A stretch of DNA of 64,000 nt from Anaerolineae bacterium (GTDB lineage: Bacteria; Chloroflexota; Anaerolineae; UBA1429). This document shows positions 40,942-52,400 of the stretch, piece after piece. The stretch lies in NCBI GenBank assembly GCA_963675785.1, contig OY776562.1, forward strand, positions 1,024,001 through 1,088,000, in the 5' to 3' direction. Made by a program: the position numbers and the translations under genes. The notes beneath the pieces were generated by a model. That model saw only the letters and a program-made list of their open reading frames with translations. It did not search any database and had not been told where the DNA came from. The stretch's first letter is position 1. Every line of letters begins with the position of its first letter.

Positions 40942-43592
40942 ATGGACAATCTGTTAGATCTCTGGGGGAAAACCGCACCGCAAGGTTATCATCCTGCAGT
41001 ATTCCACATGATGGATGCAGGTAACGTTGCGTTGGTTATGCTGGAGGCCAATACACAATGGCGTAGCGCCATCGACACACTATTCCAAGGTATGCGTGAT
41101 TCCGCCGGCCTCGTTGCCTATATTGTAGCACTACACGACCTGGGTAAGATCAGCGCCGCCTTTCAAGGGCAGGTGGATGATCAAAAGGAACGCTTGAAGG
41201 CTTTGGGCTGGGATTTTGGCGGATGGCGTATGCTTTACAACAAGCCTCATCCTATCATCGGTCAGGCGACGCTCGCCTCTGAAGAGAATTCGGTCAGCCT
41301 GCACCTTGGCACCCATCTTTCTGAAGTTGTCAGCGAGGTAATTGGAGGACATCATGGCACTTGGCAGCCCAAGAGTGCTGTGCAAACCGCAGTAGATGAT
41401 CTGGAGCTAGACGAACCGCTTTGTTTTGCTACGGCTCGCCAGCAAGTGACGGATTTCTTGTTTGCCTATTATGGCCTGGATGACAAGGTGGCCCTAGTAC
41501 AACCCGCCAACATTTCCACGACCAGCATGTTGCTTACGGGCTTCTCTATCCTCTGTGATTGGATCGCTTCGGATACGCGCTTTTTCCCAGCATCCCCCAG
41601 TACCCCGCTGGAGCATTATGCCGAGAGGAGCAGGTCGAGAGCGAATAAGGCCGTTGAGACGTTGGGGTTCTCACAACCGAACCTCAGTGGTGCGCCGAGC
41701 AAATTTTCTGCTCTCTTTGGCTTCTCTGAGCCACGCCCGTTGCAATTGGCCATCGATGCTATTCCTGCGGCGTTGCTCGAACAGCCCTCTCTGACGATCA
41801 TCGAGGCACCTACAGGCGAAGGCAAGACAGAAGCCGCGCTGGCTCTAGCTCATCGCATCGGTTTGCTGCGCGGCTCGGACGCCTTTTATTATGCCCTTCC
41901 TACCATGGCCACTTCCAATCAGATGTACGCCCGGGTGAGCCAGTACTTGAAGAACGAATTGGACCTGCAGATGGGCGTTCGTTTAGTACACGGACAGGCG
42001 GCATTAGCCCAGGACCTCATCGATCTGACGGGTCTTGAAACGCACTGTGAAAGTGCTGACATCGCCCAGTGGTTTGCCCCACGCAAGCGGGCTCTTCTGG
42101 CCCCCTTTGGTGTGTGGGCACCATCGATCAAGCCGAGCTGGCCGCTTTGAACACGCGTCATGCGGCACTGCGCATGCTTAGTCTTGCGGGCCAAACGCTT
42201 GTCGTGGACGAGGTTCATGCTTGCGACATGTATATGACGACCATCATCGAGCGCCTGCTGCGTTGGCTTTCTGAACTCAACGCCTCAGTCATTCTTATGT
42301 CGGCCACCTTACCCCAGGAGCGTATGCGGTGTCTGCAAAGTGCCTGGGCTGGCGGAAAGCATCTGGTGGTGAACGGAAGTTATCCCCACATTGCTGTGGT
42401 TACATGCCAGGGAGATGCATGGAATGTTCAAGTTGCCAGCAGCCAGTCCGAACGGCGTATCACTGTTGAGCAAATCTCTCTATCAGAAAAAGAAACTGAG
42501 GCCAAAGCGAATTTGTTGCTCGACCTGGTGGCGGAGGGAGGCTGTGCCGTGTGGATCACCAATACTGTCGGTCGTGCCCAAGAGCTCTATCGGCAGCTCA
42601 AAATTTCGCCTCGCACTCGTGATGTGCAATTCGATCTGCTCCACGCCCGATTTCCTTTGGAGCAGCGTCTTGCTCTTGAATCGCGTATCGCTGGTTTGTA
42701 CGGCAAAGAGGGGAAACGCCCGCAACGGGGTATCGTCATAGGAACGCAAGTTTTGGAGCAAAGCCTCGATCTGGACTTTGATGTGATGGTCAGTGACTTG
42801 GCCCCCATCGATCTCTTGTTGCAGCGCGCTGGACGTATGCACCGCCATCAGCGCCCCAGACCCACAGTGCATACTGCGCCGCGTCTCATTGTGAATATGC
42901 CTTCCGTCGAGATTCCTATTGATGAAACAGTGGATGCCAAGATTTATGATGCTTACCTGTTGGCGCGGACTCGCCAGCTCCTCGATGATCGCAATCTGCT
43001 TGTCCTTCCCGATGACTATCGCCCACTCATCGAGGGCGTGTATAGTGCTGAGTTGATCTTGGACGCCGAGATGCAAGCATTGCGCGACCAGCTCGATCAG
43101 AAAGAGTGGAACGCTGCCAAAGAGGCTGAAGAACGTTTGTTGCCCGAACCCGATGCTGAGTTTTGTTTCTGCCGCCTGGCTGCACAAAAAACCTTTCGAG
43201 AGGACGAGGATAGCGCCGCCTGGATGGTGGCCCGCACACGTCTTGGTCCACCTTCTGTAACCGTGCTGCCGTTGGAGCGAGATGCCTATGAAGCCTGGAT
43301 TCCCGGCAAGGCAGAGCGCGGCTTTGACCTCAATCGTGAACCCTCGCGCGAAGATCAACTGCTGCTCTTGCGCCAACAGGTTCGCCTTTCTGGCGCCTGG
43401 CTGAGTCGGCTGATTGCCGAACAGGCGGGTGAGCCTTGCTCTTTGATGCGTGCCCCGCTTTTGCGCTATGTAATGCCCCTTTGGTTGGAGGATGGCCGTG
43501 CCGACCTAGGCTCAGGTGCAGCCACCTTGCAGCTCAATGATGAATTGGGTTTGACGATTGACTGGAATGGAGGGAAGGATGAATCAGCCTGA
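40942..43592 (+). pseudogene. cas3: Cas3 HD-nuclease/helicase split by a 2-nt insertion at about 42111-42116
   Basis: HDLGK and APTGEGKT in ORF1; TIDQ, DEVH, SAT, TQVLEQSLD and QRAGR in ORF2; removing one TG restores PFGVGTIDQ. Confidence 0.85.
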
Positions 43593-45135
43593 GACGATTC
43601 CGCGATTTAATCTTTGGTACGAGCCCTGGATTACCGTCGAGACCAGGGAAGGCACCACGATGGAGGTGTCCATCTCGGAGGCGTTGCGCAGCGCCCACGT
43701 CTACCGTGGGCTTGTTGAGCCCTCTCCGCTTGTAGTAGTGGGCATTCACCGCTTGCTTACCGCTATCCTACAGGATATCTATGACCCGCAGACGCCGACC
43801 GACTTGAAGGCGCTATGCAGGGCTGAGGCTTTTGATGAGGGGCGACTGACAGCCTTTGGTGACGAATTTGCCACTCGATTCGACCTGTTCTCGGAGAAAG
43901 CACCCTTTTACCAGAGCGCTGACTTGCCGCTTTTCCCAGATCCGCGTGACAAGACTTGGCCCGCCAGCAGTATTGCTCCAGAGCTGCCCAAGGGCACCGA
44001 AGTAACCCACTATCGTCATGGCGCTGAAGATGAGAGCCTCTTTTGCCCAGCGTGCTGCGTTGGTGGATTACTACATCTGTCGGCTTTTGCAACGTCCGGA
44101 GGACCAGGCATCAAGCCCTCTATCAATGGCGTGCCGCCCATCTATGTGCTGCCAATGGGAGAGACACTGCTGCAAAGTCTGACTCGTTCTCTCGTTACTC
44201 CAGGCTATCAGCCAACGGCCTGCGACGACGCCAAGCGGGATTATTGGTGGCGACGGGAGCCATTGGTGGGCAAGAAGGATGAGCTCAAAACAGTTGGCTA
44301 CGGCGGCAGCCTGACTTTTGTGCCGCGACGGATGCGCTTACATCCACTTGTTGCCCATAAGCCATGTACTCGCTGTGGTCGTTCGATGACCTGGGGTGTG
44401 TACACGATGGTCTTTGAGATGGGAGAATCTCGCCCAAAGGATGCCCCGTTCTGGTTCGATCCTTTTGCCTCCTACCGTCTACGGGATGAAAAAACACCTT
44501 TGCCTGTTCGGCCAAGGGATGGACGAGCCCTTTGGCGTGACTTTGGCGAACTTTTTCTCACCGATGAAGAAAAAACTGTCACTTACCGGCGCCCTAGTGT
44601 GATTACCCAACTCACCGAACTCGAACTAGTGCGCTCGCGTGATGTGGCCTACCGTTGCATCGGCATGCGCACTGATATGAAGGCCAAGATTTTTGAATGG
44701 GTTGACGATGGTTTTGAGGTTCCCTTGGCTGTACTTGGCGGCAAACGAGGCACGCGTGCCGTCAAAGCGGATTTGGGCTATGCCGAAGATGTTGGTAGCG
44801 CCCTGGGAAAAGCCTGGCGTAACGCGTTCCGTAAGCGTAGCGATACTCGGCTGGAGGCGGTGAGAGCACGAATGCTCTCTTCTTATTGGCAAAATCTGGC
44901 GATCCCTTTTGGGCAGATGGTGACCCAGGCAGCTCAAGTATCTAGTGCTGAGAATGAAAAGATACTAATTGAGTCATGGCAGAAGCAGGTCGTGCATGCT
45001 GCACGCTGGGAGCTGGACAAAGCCCTGGAAGGTCTCTCCACAGATGCCGAGACACTCAGATGCCGTGTGACCGCACAGGATAATTTGTTTTTTGAATTGG
45101 CCAAGATCAACAAGAGACAAGGAGGTAACGAATGA
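43579..45135 (+). CDS. cas8e: Type I-E Cas8e (Cse1/CasA)
   Basis: FNLWYEPWI, RFDLF..PFYQ, CPAC, ALWRD. Confidence 0.92.
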   Translation: MNQPETIPRFNLWYEPWITVETREGTTMEVSISEALRSAHVYRGLVEPSPLVVVGIHRLLTAILQDIYDPQTPTDLKALCRAEAFDEGRLTAFGDEFATRFDLFSEKAPFYQSADLPLFPDPRDKTWPASSIAPELPKGTEVTHYRHGAEDESLFCPACCVGGLLHLSAFATSGGPGIKPSINGVPPIYVLPMGETLLQSLTRSLVTPGYQPTACDDAKRDYWWRREPLVGKKDELKTVGYGGSLTFVPRRMRLHPLVAHKPCTRCGRSMTWGVYTMVFEMGESRPKDAPFWFDPFASYRLRDEKTPLPVRPRDGRALWRDFGELFLTDEEKTVTYRRPSVITQLTELELVRSRDVAYRCIGMRTDMKAKIFEWVDDGFEVPLAVLGGKRGTRAVKADLGYAEDVGSALGKAWRNAFRKRSDTRLEAVRARMLSSYWQNLAIPFGQMVTQAAQVSSAENEKILIESWQKQVVHAARWELDKALEGLSTDAETLRCRVTAQDNLFFELAKINKRQGGNE

Positions 45136-45638
45136 GCGAGCAAACGATTGGCCCCAACTTGGTGGAGCAGTTTTGCCGAGTGCTCGAAGGGCTAGATGCA
45201 GCCGACAGGGCACGGTTGCGGCGAGCGGCGGGTCATTCTCTAGCTGAAGCGGGAGATGCCTTGGCCGTGTTCTACCGCATTCTGCCTCATGGCGTGCCCC
45301 AGCGGCAAGAGGAGACCTACTTTATGGTGGCCTCGCTTTATCCGTTGGGAACCGATGGCAACCACGGAGATTTTGGCGCCTTGCTCAAACGCGCCCGTAT
45401 CGCAGGCGGCGAAAAGGGCACAGATAGCCGCATGCGCTATTTGCTGGATGCTGACGAAGCCCAGCTTGCCTTTCGGCTTCGTCAGGCCGTGCACTATGTC
45501 AAATCCTGTGGGGTAGCCGTGGATTGGCCGACCCTTCTGCAGGATTTGCTCTACTGGGATCACCCCGACCGATTCGTACAAAAGAAATGGGCGCGCAGCT
45601 ATTATGGCCAAACCCGAACACAAACTCAGGAGGCTTGA
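45132..45638 (+). CDS. cse2: Type I-E Cas11 (Cse2/CasB)
   Basis: RARLRRA, VDWPTLLQDL..W, WARSYY. Confidence 0.92.
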   Translation: MSEQTIGPNLVEQFCRVLEGLDAADRARLRRAAGHSLAEAGDALAVFYRILPHGVPQRQEETYFMVASLYPLGTDGNHGDFGALLKRARIAGGEKGTDSRMRYLLDADEAQLAFRLRQAVHYVKSCGVAVDWPTLLQDLLYWDHPDRFVQKKWARSYYGQTRTQTQEA

Positions 45639-45639
45639 A

Positions 45640-46767
45640 ATGCTCGTACAAATTCACATGCTCCAGAACTATGCCCCTTCCAACCTAAATCGCGATGATA
45701 CGGGGGCTCCCAAAGATGCTATCTTTGGTGGCGTGCGCCGCGGTCGCATCTCCAGCCAGTGTCTCAAGCGCAGCATTCGCAAATCTGGCAGCTTTGTAGA
45801 GGCCTTTGCTGAACGGGGCTTGCTGGCCTCACGCACTCGTCGGTTACCGGCTTTGATCGAAAAGGAACTCAAGAGCAGGGGACTGGACGAGGAATCGATT
45901 CAGGCTATCGTGAACAAAGTGCCCCTGATTGGACGAGAATCGGCCAAAGCGACAGCGGCGACTGCCGAAGATGAGGACAAGATTACAGCCCAGTTGATTT
46001 TCATCGGCCTGGATGAAGTGCCGCTTTTGACAGACCAGCTACTGGCTTCTTACGAGGCGATGGGCGCTGTGAAATGGGCCAAGGCTAAAGGCGACGACCT
46101 GGCCAAGGAATTGCAAGGGCTCACCCCACGCTCAGTGGATGTGGCCATGTTCGGTCGTATGACCACTTCGGCGGCCTTTGAGAACGTCGAGGCGGCCGTG
46201 CAGGTTGCCCATGCCCTCTCTACCAATGCTTTAGTGCAAGAATTCGACTATTTTACGGCAGTGGATGACTTGCAGACGGATGAGCCAGGGGCTGGCATGA
46301 TTGGGGATGTGGAATTCAATAGCAACAGTTATTACCGCTACATCAATGTGCATTGGGAAGGGCTGCTGGATAACCTGGGTGGGGATGTAGAACTGGCCAA
46401 GGAAGCCGTGGGGGCCTTGTTGGTGGCTGCGACCGAGGCTCAGCCCAGCGGCAAGCAAAACACCTTTGCCGCCCAAAACCTACCCGACCTGGTGCTGGTG
46501 GAGGTGCGCCAGCAGAATGTGGCTGTGAGTTATGCCAATGCTTTTCTCAAGCCGGCCCGTGCTGGACGCGATGGTTCTCCTACCGTCATGGAAGTCTCGG
46601 CCCAACAGCTTGCTGACTATCGTACACGGCTGAATACCATGTATACCGCTCCCGAGGCTTCGGCCTATGCCGCAACTTTTGAGGTGGCTCTGGATGACGC
46701 CGAGAACAAACAGTCGCTTTATGCTTTGCGACCTTGGATAGAATCCCTCCTCGGGGAGGAGGTGTAA
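45640..46767 (+). CDS. cas7: Type I-E Cas7
   Basis: SNLNRDDTGAPK, RISSQCLKR, FGRM, DYFTAVDD. Confidence 0.96.
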   Translation: MLVQIHMLQNYAPSNLNRDDTGAPKDAIFGGVRRGRISSQCLKRSIRKSGSFVEAFAERGLLASRTRRLPALIEKELKSRGLDEESIQAIVNKVPLIGRESAKATAATAEDEDKITAQLIFIGLDEVPLLTDQLLASYEAMGAVKWAKAKGDDLAKELQGLTPRSVDVAMFGRMTTSAAFENVEAAVQVAHALSTNALVQEFDYFTAVDDLQTDEPGAGMIGDVEFNSNSYYRYINVHWEGLLDNLGGDVELAKEAVGALLVAATEAQPSGKQNTFAAQNLPDLVLVEVRQQNVAVSYANAFLKPARAGRDGSPTVMEVSAQQLADYRTRLNTMYTAPEASAYAATFEVALDDAENKQSLYALRPWIESLLGEEV

Positions 46768-46770
46768 GGC

Positions 46771-47442
46771 ATGGATAACACCCTTTTGCTGGTGCTCGAT
46801 GGGCCGCTGCAGTCTTGGGGAGAGCGTGCTCGTTGGTCGGTACGCGATACAAACCTCGAACCGACGCATTCGGGTATAGCAGGCTTGTTGGCCTGCGCTT
46901 GTGGTATTTCCTCTGGCCCCGATCTCGATGCTCTGGCTGGCCGCTTTACCATGGGGGTACGCTGTGATCGCCCTGGTGTGCTGCTGCGCGACTATCACAC
47001 CGTGGTTGGCGGGGTGCTCTCAGCTGCTGGCAAAGTCAAGCTCAATGCTTCTACCAAACAACCTGAAACAGTCGTCTCTGAGCGCTATTACATGGCCGAT
47101 GCTTGCTATCTTGTGGCACTCTGGGGTGATCCGCCCGACATAGCCGAGTGGGCACGGGCCTTACAGCAGCCAGTTTGGCCCCCCTATCTGGGGCGCAAGG
47201 CCTGTGTGCCCTCTCGCCCCATATATGGGGGGAAGGGGGAATTTTCCTCACTGGCCAAAGCTCTGGCTGTTTGGCCTCGTGTAGATGGAGATGGAAGAGA
47301 GCAGAATGCTCCGGATAGCGCCCGTGCCATCGTCGAGACCAATGCAGGGGCCGGTTTGCGTCGGCGTGATGCCGTGGTGGATTCGCGTGCACGTGTTTTT
47401 GGAACGCGCTATGTCAGAGAATATATGGTCAAACTGCCATAG
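46771..47442 (+). CDS. cas5: Type I-E Cas5
   Basis: GPLQSWG, DYHTV, YLGRKAC. Confidence 0.95.
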   Translation: MDNTLLLVLDGPLQSWGERARWSVRDTNLEPTHSGIAGLLACACGISSGPDLDALAGRFTMGVRCDRPGVLLRDYHTVVGGVLSAAGKVKLNASTKQPETVVSERYYMADACYLVALWGDPPDIAEWARALQQPVWPPYLGRKACVPSRPIYGGKGEFSSLAKALAVWPRVDGDGREQNAPDSARAIVETNAGAGLRRRDAVVDSRARVFGTRYVREYMVKLP

Positions 47443-47452
47443 GAGGTGTGGC

Positions 47453-48064
47453 GTGTACCTTTCACAATTGACACTCGATGATTCGCGACGTTCGGTGCTT
47501 TGGCGGCAACAACGCTATCGTGTGCATCAGCGGCTCATGATGGGGTGTGGCGATGACGCGCGCATGCTTTACCGCCTGCATGAGACGCCTACTGCAACTT
47601 TGTTGGTGCAAACGACAAGTGAACCGGATTGGCTCGCGGCTTTTGGCGAGTTCCCTGTGTTGGCCATTCCACCTGAGGTAAAACCCTTCGAACCGCGGTT
47701 CTTTGACGGTGAAATGCTGGCCTTTCGGGTCTTAGCCAATCCCACCGTCAAGCGCGATGGCAAGAGACTGGGGTTATACAAAATCGAAGAGCAGCTCGAG
47801 TGGCTCAAACGCAAGGCAGAGATGGGTGGCTTTGCTGTGGTTAGCGTGAATGTCCAACCTGCTGGTAACATGACAGCATGGAAGGGTACTCAAGATAGCG
47901 TTAGAGCCATGCAAATGCGCTTTTGCGCCGTACAATATGATGGTTCGCTGCAAGTACGAGACGCTGGGGCCTTTACTGAAACCTTTTGTTCTGGCCTGGG
48001 CAGTGCCAAAGGATTTGGGTTTGGCCTACTATCTGTTGCTCGAGTACTGGTCAGCGAGGTCTAG
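47453..48064 (+). CDS. cas6e: Type I-E Cas6e
   Basis: YLSQL, HQRL, ANPT, GLGSAKGFGFGLL; GTG start after AGGAGG. Confidence 0.95.
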   Translation: MYLSQLTLDDSRRSVLWRQQRYRVHQRLMMGCGDDARMLYRLHETPTATLLVQTTSEPDWLAAFGEFPVLAIPPEVKPFEPRFFDGEMLAFRVLANPTVKRDGKRLGLYKIEEQLEWLKRKAEMGGFAVVSVNVQPAGNMTAWKGTQDSVRAMQMRFCAVQYDGSLQVRDAGAFTETFCSGLGSAKGFGFGLLSVARVLVSEV

Positions 48065-48068
48065 TATC

Positions 48069-48983
48069 ATGCCCAAAGATCTACAAGAACTACCGCGCTT
48101 GGATGACAGCCTGACATATCTCTATGCCGAATGCTGCCGGATTGAACAAGAAGAATTCAGTATCGCCTTGGTGGATGAGAACGGACGCACGCCAGTGCCG
48201 GTGGCCTCACTTTCTGTGCTCATGCTGGGGCCCGGCACCACCGTAACCCACGCCGCCATGCGCGCTCTAGCCGAGAATGGTTGCACAGTGTTATGGACCG
48301 GTCAGGATGGGGTGCGCATGTACGCTGCAGGCACTGGCGAAACCCGCAAAGCCTATCGTCTGGAGCATCAGGCTCGCCTGGTAAGCGATGAGGAGAGTCG
48401 TACTGAAGTAGCTTGGCGCATGTACGAGCTGCGTTTTGGCGAACGATTGGATAGGAGTGGCAGCCTATCAACAGTTCGTGGGGCAGAGGGCGTGCGCATG
48501 AAACAGCTCTATCGTGAGACGGCGCGCCAGTACGGTGTACCTTGGGGCGGTCGCAAGTACGATCTAAATAACTGGGACAAGAGCGACCCACTCAACAAAG
48601 CACTCTCGGCAGCAAATTCCTGCTTGTATGGGCTATGCCATGCGGCCATCGTTTCTGGTGGATATAGCACTGGTCTGGGATTTCTGCACGCTGGCAAGCA
48701 GCTCTCTTTTGTTTATGACATTGCCGATCTTTTCAAAGCTGAAACGACCATTCCAACAGCTTTCTTGGTGGTGGGCGAATCCTTCCATGATATCGAATCG
48801 CGCGCCCGGCAAACCTGTCGGCGGCTTTTTCGTGAGGAGCGTTTGATCCAAAAGATATTGCCCACTATCGATGCTCTGCTGGATGTGCCGGATCCTGACC
48901 CGCGCTTGAGGGGAGTGGACACCAAGATTGACAGGCCGACCCCTCTTTGGGAAAAGCTCTGGGAGACGGCGGAGGCGCGCTAG
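48069..48983 (+). CDS. cas1: Type I-E Cas1
   Basis: [34 protein letters not shown]. Confidence 0.96.
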   Translation: MPKDLQELPRLDDSLTYLYAECCRIEQEEFSIALVDENGRTPVPVASLSVLMLGPGTTVTHAAMRALAENGCTVLWTGQDGVRMYAAGTGETRKAYRLEHQARLVSDEESRTEVAWRMYELRFGERLDRSGSLSTVRGAEGVRMKQLYRETARQYGVPWGGRKYDLNNWDKSDPLNKALSAANSCLYGLCHAAIVSGGYSTGLGFLHAGKQLSFVYDIADLFKAETTIPTAFLVVGESFHDIESRARQTCRRLFREERLIQKILPTIDALLDVPDPDPRLRGVDTKIDRPTPLWEKLWETAEAR

Positions 48984-48985
48984 AA

Positions 48986-49270
48986 ATGGTCGTCATGGTT
49001 TTGGAAACTGTGCCGGAGGGCTTGCGTGGAGAACTGACGCGTTGGCTTATCGAAGTCAAAACAGGGGTGTTTGTGGGCACATGCAGTGCTCGAGTGCGCG
49101 ACAAGCTCTGGGAGAAATGTTGCGAAAGGCGTCGCGGCGGGGGAGTGGCGCAGATATGGAGTACGAATACCGAACAGGGTTTCGCCATGCGTATGCATGG
49201 CGAAACCAGCCGCGAGATTGTCGAGATGGAAGGGCTACAACTAGTGCGCAAACCGGCTGCAACTATCTAG
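48986..49270 (+). CDS. cas2: Type I-E Cas2
   Basis: [30 protein letters not shown]. Confidence 0.95.
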   Translation: MVVMVLETVPEGLRGELTRWLIEVKTGVFVGTCSARVRDKLWEKCCERRRGGGVAQIWSTNTEQGFAMRMHGETSREIVEMEGLQLVRKPAATI

Positions 49271-49434
49271 CGAAGGCTGCTGTGAGAAAGACGCAGAAAC
49301 GCATGATAAGGCTAATGGCAAAAATTGCAAGATCGAGTTGTGGTGGCATACTAAAGCAAGGTTTGTAGTGTCAAGTCGTAGCAGCAGGGTCATGCAGTGT
49401 TTGCTGCATGACCCTGCAAGGTTGCAGTTTTAGG
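49271..49434 (+). promoter_or_regulatory. CRISPR leader
   Basis: Non-coding 164 bp between cas2 and the first repeat; degenerate repeats lie at the opposite end. Confidence 0.75.
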
Positions 49435-52400
49435 GTTTTCCCCACACCCGTGGGGATGGACCGGCCTCTACGATACTCGACTTGCCCGCGCCGTTGTTTT
49501 CCCCACACCCGTGGGGATGGACCGCGCATTGGTCTCGAATTGCAGGCAGATATAACGTTTTCCCCACACCCGTGGGGATGGACCGGTTGATCTCCTGAGT
49601 CGGCCTTGGCCTCATCGGTTTTCCCCACACCCGTGGGGATGGACCGCTACCATCGATCTGACAACGGGAACAGCAGCTGTTTTCCCCACACCCGTGGGGA
49701 TGGACCGACAGTAGGTACGGCTTATCAGTGGCGTATGCAGTTTTCCCCACACCCGTGGGGATGGACCGGTAGATCGGTATGCCGCGCATTAACGTATCTC
49801 GTTTTCCCCACACCCGTGGGGATGGACCGATGGCTGCCGCCGCCTGCGCCGCAATATACAGTTTTCCCCACACCCGTGGGGATGGACCGATGGACTCATT
49901 GCCTGGCTTAGGGGCACTCCTGTTTTCCCCACACCCGTGGGGATGGACCGATTACTTCCCATTCGCCACCAGTAGAGCCATTGTTTTCCCCACACCCGTG
50001 GGGATGGACCGGAATCTCTTCCCCTTTGTCCTCGGGCTCAACAGTTTTCCCCACACCCGTGGGGATGGACCGACCGCCAAGGCTACGATGAGGCGGTGCG
50101 CAAGCGTTTTCCCCACACCCGTGGGGATGGACCGATATAGTCCATGCTTTCGTGCAGTGCGTCAATGTTTTCCCCACACCCGTGGGGATGGACCGATGCC
50201 CGTTCTGAGGCTCAGCGCGAGCGATACGTTTTCCCCACACCCGTGGGGATGGACCGCCGGTGATCGATGCGATGGCTTCCTATGACTAGTTTTCCCCACA
50301 CCCGTGGGGATGGACCGACAACAGGGTCTGGATTTACACCAGACAAGGTGTTTTCCCCACACCCGTGGGGATGGACCGATGAATTGCAGGGTTTTTTCGA
50401 TACGGAGATCGTTTTCCCCACACCCGTGGGGATGGACCGAGGAGGGACAAGCGGAGGAACATCACTGCATGGTTTTCCCCACACCCGTGGGGATGGACCG
50501 TATTCCGACGCCTTGCTTCTAGAGTTCTCTTGGTTTTCCCCACACCCGTGGGGATGGACCGGTGCATCTGGCTGTCTATTCGATTGGCTTGCCGTTTTCC
50601 CCACACCCGTGGGGATGGACCGTTGTGGGAAATTTCGAGGAAGCTCTCCCAGAAGTTTTCCCCACACCCGTGGGGATGGACCGACATTGGCGGCGGGGAC
50701 GCGGCTCTACTGGGAGTTTTCCCCACACCCGTGGGGATGGACCGGTGACGCTGGGTAACAACAGCGAGATCCAGGAGTTTTCCCCACACCCGTGGGGATG
50801 GACCGGATTCCTACCGCCACCAGTTGAGCAATAGTCCGTTTTCCCCACACCCGTGGGGATGGACCGGTAGAGCTCGTGTAGATCAGCCCCTCGAAGGTGT
50901 TTTCCCCACACCCGTGGGGATGGACCATAGATAGGTGCCATTATCTGTTGGCATTGTCAGTTTTCCCCACACCCGTGGGGATGGACCGGATGCGTTCAGC
51001 CAGCTCGCCGATCGGTACTAGTTTTCCCCACACCCGTGGGGATGGACCGAGGACAGGGTTATCCTCGTGGCGTGAATAGAAGTTTTCCCCACACCCGTGG
51101 GGATGGACCGCAGAGGGCGAGAGTAAGCGTGGCAACGGGTAAGTTTTCCCCACACCCGTGGGGATGGACCGTTCGCCGACGGAACATCTTATTACCCCAT
51201 GATGTTTTCCCCACACCCGTGGGGATGGACCGGGAGAGCGGCTTGGGATGAGGAAAACGGAGAAGTTTTCCCCACACCCGTGGGGATGGACCTGAGGTCA
51301 GAGCCACACACCATCATCCGCCGAAGTTTTCCCCACACCCGTGGGGATGGACCGGATCTATCTGCGTATACTGGTGTGATTGATGAGTTTTCCCCACACC
51401 CGTGGGGATGGACCGGAATAGAATCATACAAACCATCATGAGTACCCGTTTTCCCCACACCCGTGGGGATGGACCGCCGTTGCTGGGTGCAATTGCGGGT
51501 GCGTTTTTCGTTTTCCCCACACCCGTGGGGATGGACCGCGGCGGCACTGCTGGGTTAGCTGATACGTGGGGTTTTCCCCACACCCGTGGGGATGGACCGG
51601 CTTCGTACCAGAGTAGCAACCGAACCAAAAGTTTTCCCCACACCCGTGGGGATGGACCGGCTTCGTACCAGAGTAGCAACCGAACCAAAAAGTTTTCCCC
51701 ACACCCGTGGGGATGGACCGCAATTGCTCGGCTACCGCCGATGAGCCGACGGGTTTTCCCCACACCCGTGGGGATGGACCGTCAATTGGTTCGTCAGATA
51801 TGGCAAGAGAGAAGTTTTCCCCACACCCGTGGGGATGGACCCGCGTACGCTGGACACTTGACCAACTGGCCATACCGTTTTCCCCACACCCGTGGGGATG
51901 GACCGATTGTGTGAGTCGCTAGGTTGTTTAGCGCCAGGTTTTCCCCACACCCGTGGGGATGGACCGCCGCCTTCATGTTCTTGCCAGAGTCAAGGGTCGT
52001 TTTCCCCACACCCGTGGGGATGGACCGGTAGTTGTTTCTTTCGTGCCCAAAACCGCCAAGTTTTCCCCACACCCGTGGGGATGGACCGTGCGCTGGGAAA
52101 TTGTCGACTTACCTCTTGGTGTTTTCCCCACACCCGTGGGGATGGACCGTACATGTGAGCAGCCAGACGGCCATCGCGAGCGTTTTCCCCACACCCGTGG
52201 GGATGGACCGGTGTCCCTTCCCATTCGCCATCCTTGGCTATCGTTTTCCCCACACCCGTGGGGATGGACCGGATTTTGAGTTTTCCACAATCTCTTATGC
52301 CTTGTTTTCCCCACACCCGTGGGGATGGACCGCAATACCAACAACCCCGCTAACCAACGACACGGTTTTCCCCACACCCGTGGGGATGGACCGGGTACGA

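Noticed and set aside
50440-50471. 11-nt match (ACATCACTGCA) between this spacer and the start of the 603-bp insert
   Set aside because: Too short to be distinguished from chance
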